Assembly: GCF_036321535.1 (NCBI RefSeq)
Contig: NC_087436.1
Coordinates: 61,940,001 to 62,004,000, forward strand
Source of the DNA: Camelus dromedarius
Lineage: Eukaryota
Length of the DNA: 64,000 nt
Reading direction: 5' to 3'
Shown here: one piece after another, positions 35,731 through 49,636 of the stretch
Position numbering within the stretch: position 1 is the first letter of the stretch
Layout of the letters: the number at the start of each line of letters is the position of its first letter
The notes under the pieces: model-generated
Databases searched by the model: none
What the model was told of the DNA's origin: nothing
Seen by the model: only the letters and a program-made list of their open reading frames with translations
Made by a program: the position numbers and the translations under genes

Positions 35731-38700
35731 TTTTCCTTAAATTATTATATCAACATTTAATGTTTTTATTCCATAACACTAAATTTTCTGTTTTCTTAAC
35801 TAGATATAGTAAAAAAAAATTTTAAGCAGTGGACAGACAATTCTATATTTAGTTAGCAATGAGCATGAGACATCTAAAAGTTTTTTAGGATCACTTATTC
35901 ATGTCATAAAAGGTTTTATAATATGATCTATTTCCTTTTCAAAAAAAAAATCTCTGCAGGCTCTATGGTCTGTGGGCCCATGTCTTCTCTGAACCATCCA
36001 ATGAATTACTTGTCTTCAAACATGCTTAATTTAAGAAGAGGAGGATTAGCAGATTACTTCTTAACTGACTTAGTTTTTAACAAGTTTTTCTGCTGTCTCC
36101 ATAATTATATTAGCTAATATTGCAAAGAGTTGATGTGCCATATATGTGATTAGATAAATGAGGATATAATGTAAGCTTCTAAAGACTAGCGGTTTTCATT
36201 CAGTACTTTCATTTATTCATCATGTGGTAATATCTGCTATTAACAATGCTGCTGAGAGAAAAATGTAACAAAAATTCTTATTAGTAATATTTTTTTTAAG
36301 AAAAAGATAGCTATGATGTCTCTCATCACAAATAATTTTGAACAATTAGAAGTGATTTTCAAAATCTGTGGTCCTATATTCTTTTCTTCTTTTCTTCTTT
36401 TAATTCTTTTAATTTTACGGGGACATGTTTATTTTTCTTCATAGTTGATGCCTTCTACTTCTTCAGAAACATTTATTTCTAACATTATTGCTTTACTGCT
36501 GCCTGCTGCCCTTGAAGAGATCATATGTCTTCTATTGCCTGTAAAATATTATTCTTGAGTTGCATTCTTTGTTATGTTACACAAACAGTAGGATTTCAAA
36601 AAAATTTCTCTGTTGACTGTACTTTATTATTTGCCTACTTTAAGAAAACATTTATAAACAAAACCCATCTTCAATTACAAATATTTTATTTATACTGATT
36701 TTGTAAAGCAATGTTTATAATCCCTTGAATAAAATAATTACTACTGACTTAGGCAATAATTGGAGATAGCATCATTTTCACAGCCACTAAATGTGATAAT
36801 TACTAGAATGCCCAAATTTTAATTTGAAGAGTTTAATTTAATTCTGTAACTTTCCATGAACTCTAAGTAATGAAACTTTGATTGAAACCTGATCTTTTAA
36901 CTGCAGATTTGGAGCATTTTATATTTGATCTTCACAAGTGTACAACTGAGCAGTAAATACTTAACTTGATGTTTAATTAAGGTTATTTGTATCTATTAAT
37001 CTATTTCTCTCCACTTCAAAAATGTGCTTACTGTGCCTGAAGAATACTGAGAATAAAAATTGGGTGTTTTGATAGAAAATCCTAAAGATATCTGGGTTTT
37101 ATCTAAGAAGACCTATTTCATTGTAGAAAAAAAATTCTGATGTATACTTACACAGCATTGATAAAAGTATATCTAACCTCAGAAATCTTTGATGCATGTT
37201 TATTATGTTAAAGTATGCCATTCACTTTAATTGTCTTGAATGTTTACCTCTTTTGTTTAATAACATTGTCATACGTGTACACTGCAGCTTTAAAACCATT
37301 CTCAGAAACACTAGGTCTACAATATGTGTATCTGAACTGCTAAAAATTCATTCAGCCCACCCCTATTTGTCAATAGCTCCCCTCAGTCCATGCCTTCTAC
37401 TGTCCCTTGTTCCAGTGAGCTAAGACAACACTAGCATCTTCCTATAGCAAATATGCTTAGAATTTACTACCACGTTCTGATGTAAACCAAATAAGTAGTT
37501 TGTGGATTTTGAAGTGGCTTGAATTTCTTTGGGGTTAGCTACTTTATTCTTGTTAGGCCCCTCCCTGCCTGACTCCCACCAACCTCAGCTCAGTTTCATT
37601 TAAGTCTTTGGTATATAAACTGCATTTTCATCACAGCTGATAAAGGCAGAATTTATGTGATTTTTTTGGAACTTTATTACTGAAGTCAATTTGAAGTCAA
37701 ATCTATTATAAAATGTAAAATACGTAAAAGAATTTGGCCTCAAAATACAAACTTACAGCACTTGGTATTGTCCATCTTGAATGAGAATGAGCTGTCTTCC
37801 ACTGGATAAGAGTTGATACTAGTATTACAAAAATTCTTAAGGCATTTACCACAAACTGAGCCAAGGTTCTGTTCAGCATAGAATTTGGGGCTGAAATCTC
37901 CATTTCAGCCTAGAGATAGTCTTATGGTTTTATTTTAAGTTTTGATACAAACATCTTCGAGTTTTAAAGGTTAATCTTCCTGAAAATATTCAAAGCAGAT
38001 GTCATAAGAAAATATTTCTTCTTACTCACAATTGTATGTATGCCACATAGCAGTTTTCAAATAAATGAAGAAGAGTTATTCCAGGAATGTACCATTTAGA
38101 ATAGACTGCCTGTGTATGCAAACACTGATACATTAATGAGCGATCCAACAGCTGATTTCTTTCATACATTCTCATTTTATTAATAGATGAGGAGTGGTAT
38201 GGAAAACAGGGGTGGTAGAAAAATATTTTAGATACTGTATTATGGCTGAAAGGGTCTAGAAAATAGAAAGGAATATTCAATGTTTAATGTAGAAAAGGAA
38301 AAGAATCTTGAAAGAAACAAAAAAAATGAATCAACACTCCTGGTGCACATCAAAACTTCCAAATATTTTCTGATGAGAAATTCTTACATATTTAACTACA
38401 GAGTTTTTTCACTTTCTGTTTTCTTAGGGAATGTTTTTGGAGATAGCAGACATATTAGCTCTCTAGCAGACAGTTTGAACTAATTCTATAATATTGAAGG
38501 TCATTAAACTCGACTTGCCTGGGAAACAAAAATTAAAATGTAGAAGTGTTAAAACTAGTATTTGATCATTATAATTAGTGAGGCTTAGATTTGAAACAAC
38601 CATATTGCCCAGGACTACTAAACACTGAGAAATGCTGTTGAAAATCCTTTGTTATTCTTCTTCCAGTTTCATTTTCATTTGCATCTTCAAAAATATCTGA

Positions 38701-38784
38701 AAAATTGTTGGAGCATGATGTTAAATAGTGAATGCTAGAGATTATGGTATTACAATACCATATATTAGTTTGAAAGTATTTGCT

Positions 38785-38843
38785 TCTTTCCCTCCTTCCC
38801 CCTTCCTCTCCTTCTATCCTTCCTTCCTTCCTTCCCTTCTTTC
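38785..38843. repeat. (CCTT)n-like polypyrimidine low-complexity tract
   Basis: ttctttccctccttcccccttcctctccttctatccttccttccttccttcccttcttcc. Confidence 0.85.
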
Positions 38844-41800
38844 CAGTTCTTGAGAAATAACTCATGCAATATAAATCGCTTTGAAAAAATTGCCTAGGGA
38901 AAATTAAATCTGGAATACCATTTCTTTCTTTCATTGAATTTTAATATTTAGCCTATACGTTGATATAAAAATAAATAGTATTTACATGTGTATTTTAAAA
39001 ATATTCTAATATGGAAAAATGTGTGTTACATTTCAAAGAGGAAATACCTATAATTTTATATCTAGGTAGATATTTGCAGATAAGTCTTGGGAAAAACTGA
39101 AGACTAAATAAGGTTTTCTTTTTGCAGCCATGCTGTGTTTTGTCTCTGCTTCATTTTCAGCTCTCACGCTGTCACCGTCCAAGGCCTAACTCTTCTTGTC
39201 TTGCAGAGATTGTTAGTGCTAGGCTCTGTTACGCACCTTCGGTTGAACTTTGTCTGTCATCTATCACATTTCTTCAGATCACAGCTTCTAGGTAACACAT
39301 AAGCAACTTGTTCATAGTTAATATGTTATTCGGTCAGAGCAGAAAAAGAAATCACTGAAACATTTGTCAAAGATCATCTGGAACTTTCCGTGTTCGTTTG
39401 GCAAGGGGGTGTTTTTAGCAGAGATGGCCGTGTATTCTCTTCCTGAAGGCATCCAGGTGACAAGCCTCTATCACTCTCCCTGCTTATTTTCCATTATTTA
39501 GTAGTCTGACAATCAAAATTCTTCTTGGTGCTCACCAGAATCTTCTACTGCATTTATTTACATCCATTGCTCCAGTTTGTTCCTCTGAAGAGAATCTATT
39601 AAATGGCAGTTCCCTAAAGACTGAAAAAGTAAGTCTTTATTTTTGAAAACTCACAAAATTACACAAATTCCCTTAGAAGAAAAAAATTGGGGTCACAGAC
39701 AGAGAAATAAATTCCATCAAATGGAAGAATCCAGAGTATTAAGAGGTAAACTAGATTTTAGCATCCAGATGTCTTTTCTTAGACAAAACCTGACAATTGC
39801 AGGTTTGAGCAGCTTATTATGTAGTCATTGCTGCCTCCTCAATAACTCATTTTGATATTTTGTAATTTGCCAAAACGTGCCTTTGTGATCCCACAGGCTC
39901 TTAACTACTTTGTAATGAGTGTGTGTGAACAGATGGAAAATGTTTTCAATTTCAGAGAAAACCACTAATGGATGTCACCAGCTATTAGAAAAGCTCAGGT
40001 GGCTCGATTTTCCAAGGAAAGGTATTGTCATAAAACTCTTCATCTTTTAATGAAATGTTTGCTCATTTATACCTAGATGGTAATTTAAGACTTCACCAGT
40101 CTAAACAGATTACAACTATAGTTGAAAATTATTCAGTGCTAAATAGCCTGGAAATCCAATCTCAAGAATCTCATCTGAAAACAGTAATGCCAATCCAGGT
40201 CATTTTATTAGAACAACATGATTACTCTAAAAACAATTCCCCCAAAGAAGTGGATAAAGATACTTCACTGAATAAGGTCAAACGCATGCTTGAGCAATGG
40301 TGATGATCCCTCTTTTGAAGTAAAAAGGTGTATACCTTCTGTCCTCAATATACATCTTAAACAAATACATCTTTTCAAAGAAAAACTCATCAAAGGAATG
40401 ATTAGAGCACAGGTCTGTCTCATGTTCAAAAGATATTTACATGTTCTCCAAAATGCAGAGCCATTAGTTGTTAACGCTCCCCTCAAAAGTCAAACCAACT
40501 TCTTCTTTTACAAAGCTCTTGGTCTAAAATCTTGTGGAAGAAACAAGCAGACTTCTGGTCTAACTAACTTATTTTGAGCCATTTTTACCATCTCTTTTAC
40601 TTAGTAAAACATTGGTCAAAAATAAATGCAATACCATCTGTACAATGATTGATCTAGCATGTGTTTATTCATTTAGAGCTCCACCAACAGGAACTATTTA
40701 TATGCAGGTTAGGAAAGAATGGAGCTAGCAATTTCTTTCTAACAAAGTAAATTCTTATAATTTTAAGGAGAGCTTCATGGTTCTATTCCTTACTTGGATA
40801 TGAAGTATTCAGTATATATTTGGATAAGCCCTTTTCTCTTGTCATGGAAAATAGGTGGTCAGATACCATCCAGAGTGCTGACACTATACTCATTTTAGTA
40901 TCATAGAAACCATGTAAATGTAATTATATTGAAACCAAAATTATTGACAATCATATATTTCTTTTAATAAGAGTGTTTCAGTACAGAAAAAAGTTTAAAA
41001 ACCTATAGGTTTAAGGATTATGTCAAATGCATATTGGCTTTTTTTTTTAATATTTTACTTCATCTTGGAGACAAACCACCTTACAATAGCATTTCTGACA
41101 CCACATTGTAGTAGTCATAGTAGCAATATAGCAATGTTGGAACAATGTGCACGAGGAAAGTCACTGCTTTTAAAAATATGGCTACTCTAAGGATATCATC
41201 TGTTTTGTTCTCAGTGGCTTTTATGTATATAGTCATCTGTTCAATACAATTTTCTAAACAAAACAAACGGCATGCACCTCACTTTCTTCTGTTATAGACA
41301 TCAGGAAGTTCCCATTTGTGACTGTATTATTTAGCCAGGGATTTCTGATATAATTTTTCTGTCTTTACTCTCCAACTTTTATAACTTGGCTTTGGTTTTC
41401 ATTGTTCTGTTCAAATGGATCTTGGTAATATTGTACGTATTATATTTTTTATAATTTGAAATCAAATCAAATCAATTTTAAGCATTTGTTTATATAGATG
41501 TGGCCTTAAGTATGAATGAATTGTTTATAATAAAATGGCCTTACTCTTATCATAGTATTTCAAATGCATTTTAGAACAGAATTTAGAATCCTGTTGTATG
41601 CGATTGTATGGCTTTGTAAGCCATTACATGGCTTAGCAATGAAGGGATATAATTAATTTCATGACTTAAATTATTGTCCCTAAATATAGCCATCTGCATT
41701 GGACTCAGTCAGAAATTTTTGGCCTATGGTATGAAGGGATGTGTTAATTTCTGACTTTGAACAATAACGTTTTTAAGGCATGTAATTTTATGCTTGTCCT

Positions 41801-41854
41801 TTTTACTCAAATGTGCCTACACACATACACACACATGCATAACTATTCTTATCA

Positions 41855-42960
41855 CACATGAAATTAATGGAAGATTAGACATGGCAGAAGAAAAGATTAG
41901 TGAACTTGAAAAGATAGTTAAAGAAACTATACAAAATGAAATAGAGAAAATCTATGAAACAACTTCAGATTGCCTAATATATGTGTAATTGGGGTCCTTG
42001 AAAAAGGGGCAGGGCAGAAAATATTTAAAGAAATAATGGCTAGGGTTTTTCCAATTTTATGAAAATAATAAACCCACATGTTTAAGAATCTCAACAAATC
42101 TCAAACAAATAAATAGAAAAGTCCCTCAAATCATAATATAATCATATTGCTCTGGAACATGTGCAGAGGAACAAAAATATAGAAATGATAGCAGATTTCT
42201 TATCAGAACAAGGCAAGTAAAAGACAATAAAGCTGTGTTTTTCCACGTTGTTTTCATTATCACTCTTAACATAGAAGGCTTTTAAAAATATATAATCTTT
42301 CTTAATCGCTCCTGCCTGATGAAATCTCAATACCTTGGATGTAAGGTGTATCTGTTTAATATATACCAATACACATACAGGTATATGTCCAATATTGTAT
42401 ATATACTGTATAATACCGTGCCTTTTTTGAGAGACGTCCAGCCTTAAGATCACCTCCAGCCTTAAGAATAAATTTTCACCCCCTTGAGGGTGGTATTGCC
42501 CCAATGAGGATGTACACAGAAAGTAACATCTTGAAAATAATGAGGGAAATTGTCAACCTGGGATTCTATACCCAGCAAAAATATCTTCCAAAAAGCAAAG
42601 GAATAATAAATGTTTTTCAGATACAAAGGTGCTGAAAGATTTCATCACCAGTAGAGCTGAACTACAAGAACTATTAAAGGAAGGGCAGAGGGAAAACAAT
42701 GCCAGATCAAAACCTAGATCTAACCAGAGAAATGAAGGACGGAAGAAATGGCAACTTCTTTTGAAAATATAAGTACTTTTTTCTTATTACTTATATCCCT
42801 TTAAAAGATAATTGACTAAAAAAACCAAAAAACAAACAAACAAAAAAAACTATTAACAATGTTTTGTGAGTTTTGTAACTTTTCCCCAGTAGAAAGAAAT
42901 AGAAAATAAACATTAAAAATAATGGCCATGAATAAGTGGTTTGGAGAAAGTAAAAGGATG
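41855..42960 (+). mobile_element. Ancient L1 (L1M/L1ME) or HAL1 ORF1-region remnant
   Basis: Translates as EINGRLDMAEEKISELEKIVKETIQNE (ORF1 coiled-coil-like); aaatatttaaagaaataatggct...ttccaattt; ggattctatacccagcaaaaatatcttcc. Confidence 0.8.
42232..42517. mobile_element. hAT-Charlie-type non-autonomous DNA transposon nested in the ORF1 remnant
   Basis: Interrupts the L1 remnant; end aattttcacccccttgagggtggtattgccccaatgaggatgtac resembles MER20-group termini; subfamily uncertain. Confidence 0.5.
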
Positions 42961-43118
42961 TAATGGTTTAGTAACTGATCACAATGAGTGGAAGCAGGCA
43001 CTTGTACTGAAATGAAAAATTCTCCCTGAGAATCTGAGGGAGTCAACCATATGAAAAAATAGAAAAAAACATAGGAAAATTCAATCAAAGCAGGAGAAAT
43101 AGCTAGTACAAACACTCT

Positions 43119-43187
43119 TAAAAAAAACTAAAAATAAAAAAACCCACAAAAAGCAAACCAAAAATACAAAAAAAAAAAAAAAAAAAA
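43119..43187. repeat. A-rich low-complexity / poly(A) tract
   Basis: Interrupted A runs ending in a ~20-nt pure A run. Confidence 0.85.
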
Positions 43188-45699
43188 CTACGCTGAAAGG
43201 TCAAAGTGTTTTGTATAGAGATAAAGGATGGCATTCAAGATGTAAGCAGAAGCTTACAAGTCCTTACAGCTCAGAAATGGGATTTTGAATCATTCTAATG
43301 GTAGCAGTTAGCCAATAGAGGATTCTAGCCAGATAGTTATAGTTCTCATTTACATTACTGAAAGTTGATTAAACTTCCATGCATTAGGTTCTGAAAACAA
43401 AGAAAGCAGTGAAATATGCCAGGTTTCCTCTTGCATGTTGTCTAAGCCTTCTGAAGGCCTTTGGTCTAGAAAGAGAGAATAACATGATTAAATACTACAT
43501 TTTATAATGTCTTGAGACATTACTTTTATGAGACCAGTGTTAAGAAGATCTCAATTCTCCCTTGGGAGAATTTGAAGATTTTCTAGAGGAAGTAATAACT
43601 GAGCTAAAATCAGAATAATGATTAGGTGTCAACTCCACAGAAGGAATGCAGATTGGGGGAGTATTCAAATGAGGAATAACAATATTCATTCAGTCTCTGA
43701 GGTCAAAAGGACCTTGTCTTGGAAAGAAAGAAAAAAAAGGAAAGAGGAAAAAGACAGATAGGATAGGACCTAAAGGGAATACTTTTTTGACATAGCTCAT
43801 CACTGTGTTTCCATCAGTAACATAGCTTAAATCTAAGCCTATTCATTTGACCATCTAGAAAGCATATTATCTTATATTCCTGTTGATTCTCATATATGTT
43901 AATTGTTTGAGAATGTGACCATTAATCTTTCATTACCACGACTCCAGTACTAGTATATAGCTTTCACATCAAAACACCCTATTGGATTCCATGCCACTGC
44001 CTTACGACATGGTCAAAGCTAACCCCTTTTATTCTATTTAAACAACTTGTTATTTAAACATAGCTTACCACATAACACAGAGACACAATGTAATCAATTA
44101 TCTCTTAGACATAGCACAGATAATCTAACATACTTACTTGCATTTTTGCCCAGGTCTTAATAATCATTTAATTAAAATTGGCATAACAATATAGCAATCT
44201 TTTCTTCTATGTTCCTTATTCATGTTTTGTTATCAGTGTGTACTTCCCCACTCCTATAATGCTACCCCCTGAAACTTAGCACCTACAGTTTATTTTTAAT
44301 AGATTTCTAACAATTCTTCACAGAATTTGGGGATTGCTTAGAGCTCATGTGAAAATATTTTATTAAGTAGTGATGTTCTACACCATTATCACATGGCATA
44401 GTAGGCTTTCAAAATATCAATCCATAATTTTTTCCTGTGTTTTGTTGCATGATTTGACCCTTTCCTCACTCAGAGAAGGGCTACTATAACTAAGAGAATG
44501 CAAATCAAATACTGCTTTTGTGTTTCAAAAGCTTAGTAGTTGAAGGGAAAGAGAAGGAACTCACATTTTGTAAACATAGGGAAGAATATCTGTAGGATAT
44601 AAGCCAAGTATCCCATCTTCAGACTAGATCAGAATGGGAAAAGGAAGGTATCAGAGTGGAAACAGAGAGAGGTTAGATGTGGTAGAGTCCCTTTGAAAAA
44701 ATGGAACAGTAGAAAACCAGTTACATTTGTGTAATCTAAGAACAACAAAAAAAAAGATGAATGTGTCTTTTCTTGGTGGACATTAGGATGGTGGCACAAG
44801 ACCCTGTTCTAGGAATATATATGTGATGTGTCTAGAAATGAGCTGACTTGGTTCTCCCCTTGCACCATTATGACCTGGGTGTAGCTGAATAATTACACAA
44901 ACTTAAGAGTGCATTTGGCATCCAACTGAACATCACGTGACATCCGCAGAGATACTCTCCTGTTCTGGTATGGCGTAAAGCAGTAAAGTCAATGTCAGCA
45001 AGGAATGTTTTCAAAAGTAAAAGAACTAGTTAGACACTAATGTGGGATGAAGCAGAGGCACTGGAATGAATCAATGATGGATGATCATTCAGAATGATAA
45101 ATGTTTCAGTGGATATTAACAGAGATAGAAGGCTATGAGGACCAGATGTTATTTACAAAATCTTTGCCATTATGCAAGATACTAGAAATTACACACAATT
45201 TCAGGCACTAGGGGGAGGAATTTAAATGGACTGGGATTAAGTTTTTCCCTCTCCACTGAATAAGAGCTTGAAATAAAAATTATACTGAATTACAAAAAAA
45301 TAAAAGAAAATTACATTTTTTGCATATTTCTGTGAGTGAGACCACACCTGCTATGAATAAAATATGTTCCCTCTGAGGCACATCTTACATTACTTTTGAA
45401 CAATCAAATACAAGGCATTGTCTATGTTTGCGCTTTCTTGTATACCTGAAAAAGGCAACAAAACTCAGATGTTTTCTCAGGTTATGTACCATGTGTTGTT
45501 TATAAATGAGTCTGCCACCTTTCTCTCTACTTACATTAGCAATTCTAACCAGATATTCTGTCAAAATGGTAGATGATAAGATACTTAGATGGTAATATAC
45601 TTTTCAAACTCTAAATTTTTATCAGTTTATATTAAGTTATATAAATTTGCTTAGGTTATAATATCTAATCCACTTCTGAAATCTCAGTATCAGAAATGT

Positions 45700-47872
45700 C
45701 TCTCTCTGATTATATCCTGTTCCTCCAATTTGCTTATTAAAGAACCTCTACTAAATGATTCTTTGATTTCATCAAGATCTTGAATCCATTCATTGTACCA
45801 CTTTATCATTATTAATCAGAGCTCTGTTGTACATTTTTCCTTGTCTAGCCTACAATTCATATTCCATCTTTGTCATTATTTCTTACTTTTCTTTCAAACC
45901 CGTAGTACTCACCTGAAGACATTAAAATGATTTAAACTCCAATATCCAGTTATTTTCTCTATATTTGTACTACAGCAAATAACTGCTTGGCTGACCTGAA
46001 TCATTTCACATTACACATTTTAACAGGCCGTTGAGACTACCTATCTCTTTCTTACAGTGCTTTCTTGTTGAGCTCATGATCTCGTGCCATAAAATATTCC
46101 TTCTCAGTTCTAATCCTAAACTTTTTCACCTTTAATCTGTGCTGAATATTCATCTTTTAACTGATTGAGAAAGTAGAAGCCACCAGAAGCAATTTCCCTC
46201 AGCATTTCACCACCAAATCTGCAAGTATATCTATTCCACATCCATCTTCTCTTTCTCTCTGACTACGGTTTAATGTTACCCTTCTTATCAGACTCTAGTC
46301 CATCACTGCATTCTCTGAATCCAGTTCCTTTTCAAAGCCTCACTCTTTTTGTCATATCTTCTATTTCCTCTCTTGAGATTATCTTCCTTTAGAGTTTGTA
46401 ATTCCCACAAACATGACGCATATTCTGAAAACTTCTGTATTCTGTGGATTGCACGTTCCTTCCAGCATAATTTATTTGGCCCCATTTGTTGACAGAATTC
46501 ATATGGCATTTTTTTACAAAGGGCTTCCATTTATCCTCACCTCCTGATTTTACCTCTTCTTTGCTCCGTACCTCGGCATTTGACTGAAGTCCTGTCAAGG
46601 TTATCAGAAACATTTTTACTACAGGACTCACTGAATGCCTTTTCCTTCTTGAAATACTCCCCATCCTTGGCCTCTACAAAATTCTGCTCTTTTTGGTTTC
46701 CTTCTACCACTTATCCAGTCTTCTTTGCCAGCTCATCCTCCTACACCAAATCTTTAATTGTTGAGAGCCACAGAATTTGGTCTTGGACCTTTTACTCACT
46801 TCTTTCTTATTACTTCTCATTAATCTCATTGATTCCAAAGAATTCTGGTGTCCTGTATATTCTGATGATCCCAGAACTCTATTTTCTCTCCATAGGCATC
46901 TCCTTTGACTATCTGTTTATCTCAAATTGCATATTGTGGTCATTTCAAAAATGCCACTACCACTCATCTGAGGCTAGGAATTCATAAATAATAATTTATT
47001 ATTAGTAGTCATACTTTATATTGGTAACTATATTAGTAGTTCTCTCATTAAGTTTACAATTGCTCCCTCCTATCCTTTCTTTAGCAAGTCCTATTAATCA
47101 TATCTTTGAAATATATTGATTACAGATTTGAATTGTACACTGATAATATTTCAGAAGCATCTGCCAATTTTTAGATTCCTTTACTATGATTGTTCTGTAT
47201 CTTGGGTTGCTGTTAACTATTACCTGAATTACTCAAAACGCCTCCTGTCCATTTGCTTTCTTCTCTATATGGCAATAAAAGTGATCTTTTAAAATGTTAA
47301 GTTGGATCACATTTTTCTACTACTTAAAAGTTTGTTTCCCAAAGCCCTTAGAAAAAAGTTACCATTCTTACTATGACCTAAACAGTTGGGCATGATTCTC
47401 TACTGAGTCACTAAACTCATTTGACAGTTATGTCCCTCTTTCTCCTTCCTCAATCACAGTGGTCCTTTCTTAGTTGCAAAAATACGTAAAATTATTTTAA
47501 TTTTGGTAAAAATGTACTTACTGGACCCTTGTTCCCATGAAATGCACCCACTTCCTCTTCATCTGATTGTTTCCTTTTTATCTTTGGGTCTTGCCTTACA
47601 TGATATCTGCTCAAAGAGACTCTCCCTGACTATTTGAAGTAGTTTTTCCCTCAGTGATCCATGTTTCTAATTTATTTATTTCTCAGCTTTAATTCATCCT
47701 AAAAAGTACTTTCCTCGTGTTTTGTTTGTTCTTTTGTCTGTCTGCTCTCTAGAGTGTACATTTCATGAGGCCAGGTACTCTTTCTCCTGGTTCACTATGT
47801 TTCTCTCCAATACCTTTAATGGTATCTGTCATAATATAGATGCTCAGTACATATAGTTGTTGACTGAATGGC
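45700..47872 (+). mobile_element. Long degraded L2 LINE
   Basis: ttgagaaagtagaagccaccagaag; ttccttcttgaaatactcccc...ttggc; ends agtgtacatttcatgaggccagg...tagatgctcagtacatatagttgttgactgaatg. Confidence 0.8.
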
Positions 47873-48231
47873 TCCTCATCAAAAGTATTTTAGATAATCT
47901 ATCATTATATCTAATGGATAAAAATCCTAGCAGGACATTTTAAAGTGTTTATCTTATTTTTTTGTAATAGTCAATCACACAGGTAGGAAGATGGCTGGAT
48001 TCCTCAGGATTTTTCAGTCTTGCTCTTTGTGGTAACTTTTGCTCACTTGCCTTTGCTTTCCAAGTAACACTACTGGAATTGTGGCCTAATCACAAAATTT
48101 AGGACATAACTGCAGTTTAGATACACTTTCTTTCATTTGGAGGTGGTGGAGGGTCTTGTTAAGAAAACTCCTTAAATAGGTGCTTGAGTTTCACTAATAC
48201 CTGATTCTAGTCTTCATCTTGGTCAGTACTC

Positions 48232-48742
48232 CGATTGTCTGTTATAACACAGCACTCTACCACCATAATGCAGTTGCTTAAAACAATACCCATTTTGTCA
48301 TTATTCTTTACATTTTGTGGATTTAGAATTTAGGCAGAAAACACAGAGAAAGACTCACTTTTGCTCCATAAAATATGGGCTCTCAGGTGGGATAATTCAA
48401 ACAAATGGGGGCTGGGACAGGTAGGGATTGGTTACCCAACTCTTCTCACATTATCTCCGAATTTCTTTGTTGGTTTTTCCACGTGATCTTGTCTCATGGT
48501 GTCCTTAGTATTATAGCCTCAGGATAGATGAACTTCCTACCTAACAGCTCAGAATTCCAAGATCAGGTGTTCTGATAGAGGAAGAAGAAGATACCATTCT
48601 CTGAAAGGCCAGGATGTGAAAGCAGGTACAGCATCACTTCTGCTGTATACGGTTTGCCAGAGCAGCTACAGAGCCTGCCAAGATTCAGGAGGAGGACACA
48701 TAGAGCAGCACCAAACAACTTGTAGCCATCTTCAGTCAACCA
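48232..48742 (-). mobile_element. MLT1 (G/H-like) MaLR solo LTR
   Basis: gttgcttaaaacaatacc...ttttgtggatttagaatttaggcag...acagcatcacttctgctgtatac...gcctgccaagattcaggagga...tgtagccatcttcagtcaacca. Confidence 0.75.
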
Positions 48743-49409
48743 AAATAAGGAACTGAATTTTAATTATAAGCAGAAAGGTGTTATTAAAAAATAAAAAGAT
48801 GAGGGAAAGATGAGGGCAATCTTTCTTATTAATGATGTTATTGAAAATTCAATGGACATTCTACCAATACATAGTGGGTAATTTATCCCTTTACAAAGAT
48901 GAAGCAAATAGTGTATTTGCCTCATGTTCTTTACAGACTGCCCATTCATCCCAGTTTTGGTGTTTCAAATGTTGGCAGTTACTTATATTCATCCCTATGT
49001 TTTTATGTTATCTGATTTAAAATAATAATTTGGCTGATACAATGGAACTCCTTTAAGTCTTTCTTTCTCTTTTCTTTCTTTCCCTCTTCTACTAATAGAA
49101 ATTTTTGTTCAGGATGTGGTGTGCGATCTTATTGTTGTTTTTCTTTGCTTTGTTTTGAACATTGGGAAGGTAAAAGGGAGAAACCTCACATATTGCAAAT
49201 GCAAGAATAAGGAATTATGCTTTGCTTTTAAACATTTTGTTTTATTTAATCCTCACCTACAATCTCCTTCTATAATTAAGAATAATGTTTGATGGGGTTA
49301 GTGAAATTGCACATTAGGTGAAGGAATGTGCCCATAGTGAAGGCAGAAGGCTATTCTTTGAATTTATACTGACATTTTCACTGACAACACTGGACTCTGT
49401 CTTGACACT

Positions 49410-49636
49410 TTACTGTGGTATGGTTCCTGTACAATAAACTAAGCATATTTCAGGTGTACAATTTGATGGATTTTGATAGATGTATACACCAATGAAACCA
49501 CTACCACAGTCAAAATAGCTAACATTTTCATCACTCCCCAAGAGGTGCAATTTTCAAATTCCCAATTTATCCTTTCCCACCTCCTTTACCCCCTGGTAAC
49601 CATAAGTTTGTTCTCTACGTCTGTAAGTCTGTTTCT
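49410..49636 (-). mobile_element. L1 3'-UTR fragments
   Basis: aggtgtacaatttgatggattttgatagatgtatacacc...accactaccacagtcaaaatag; ccctggtaaccataagtttgttctctacgtctgtaagtctgtttctgttttgtagataagttcat. Confidence 0.75.

Noticed and set aside
40055..40577. Protein-looking ORFs (82 and 95 aa) in the TE-poor block
   Set aside because: No recognisable homology and no convincing donor/acceptor pair bracketing them
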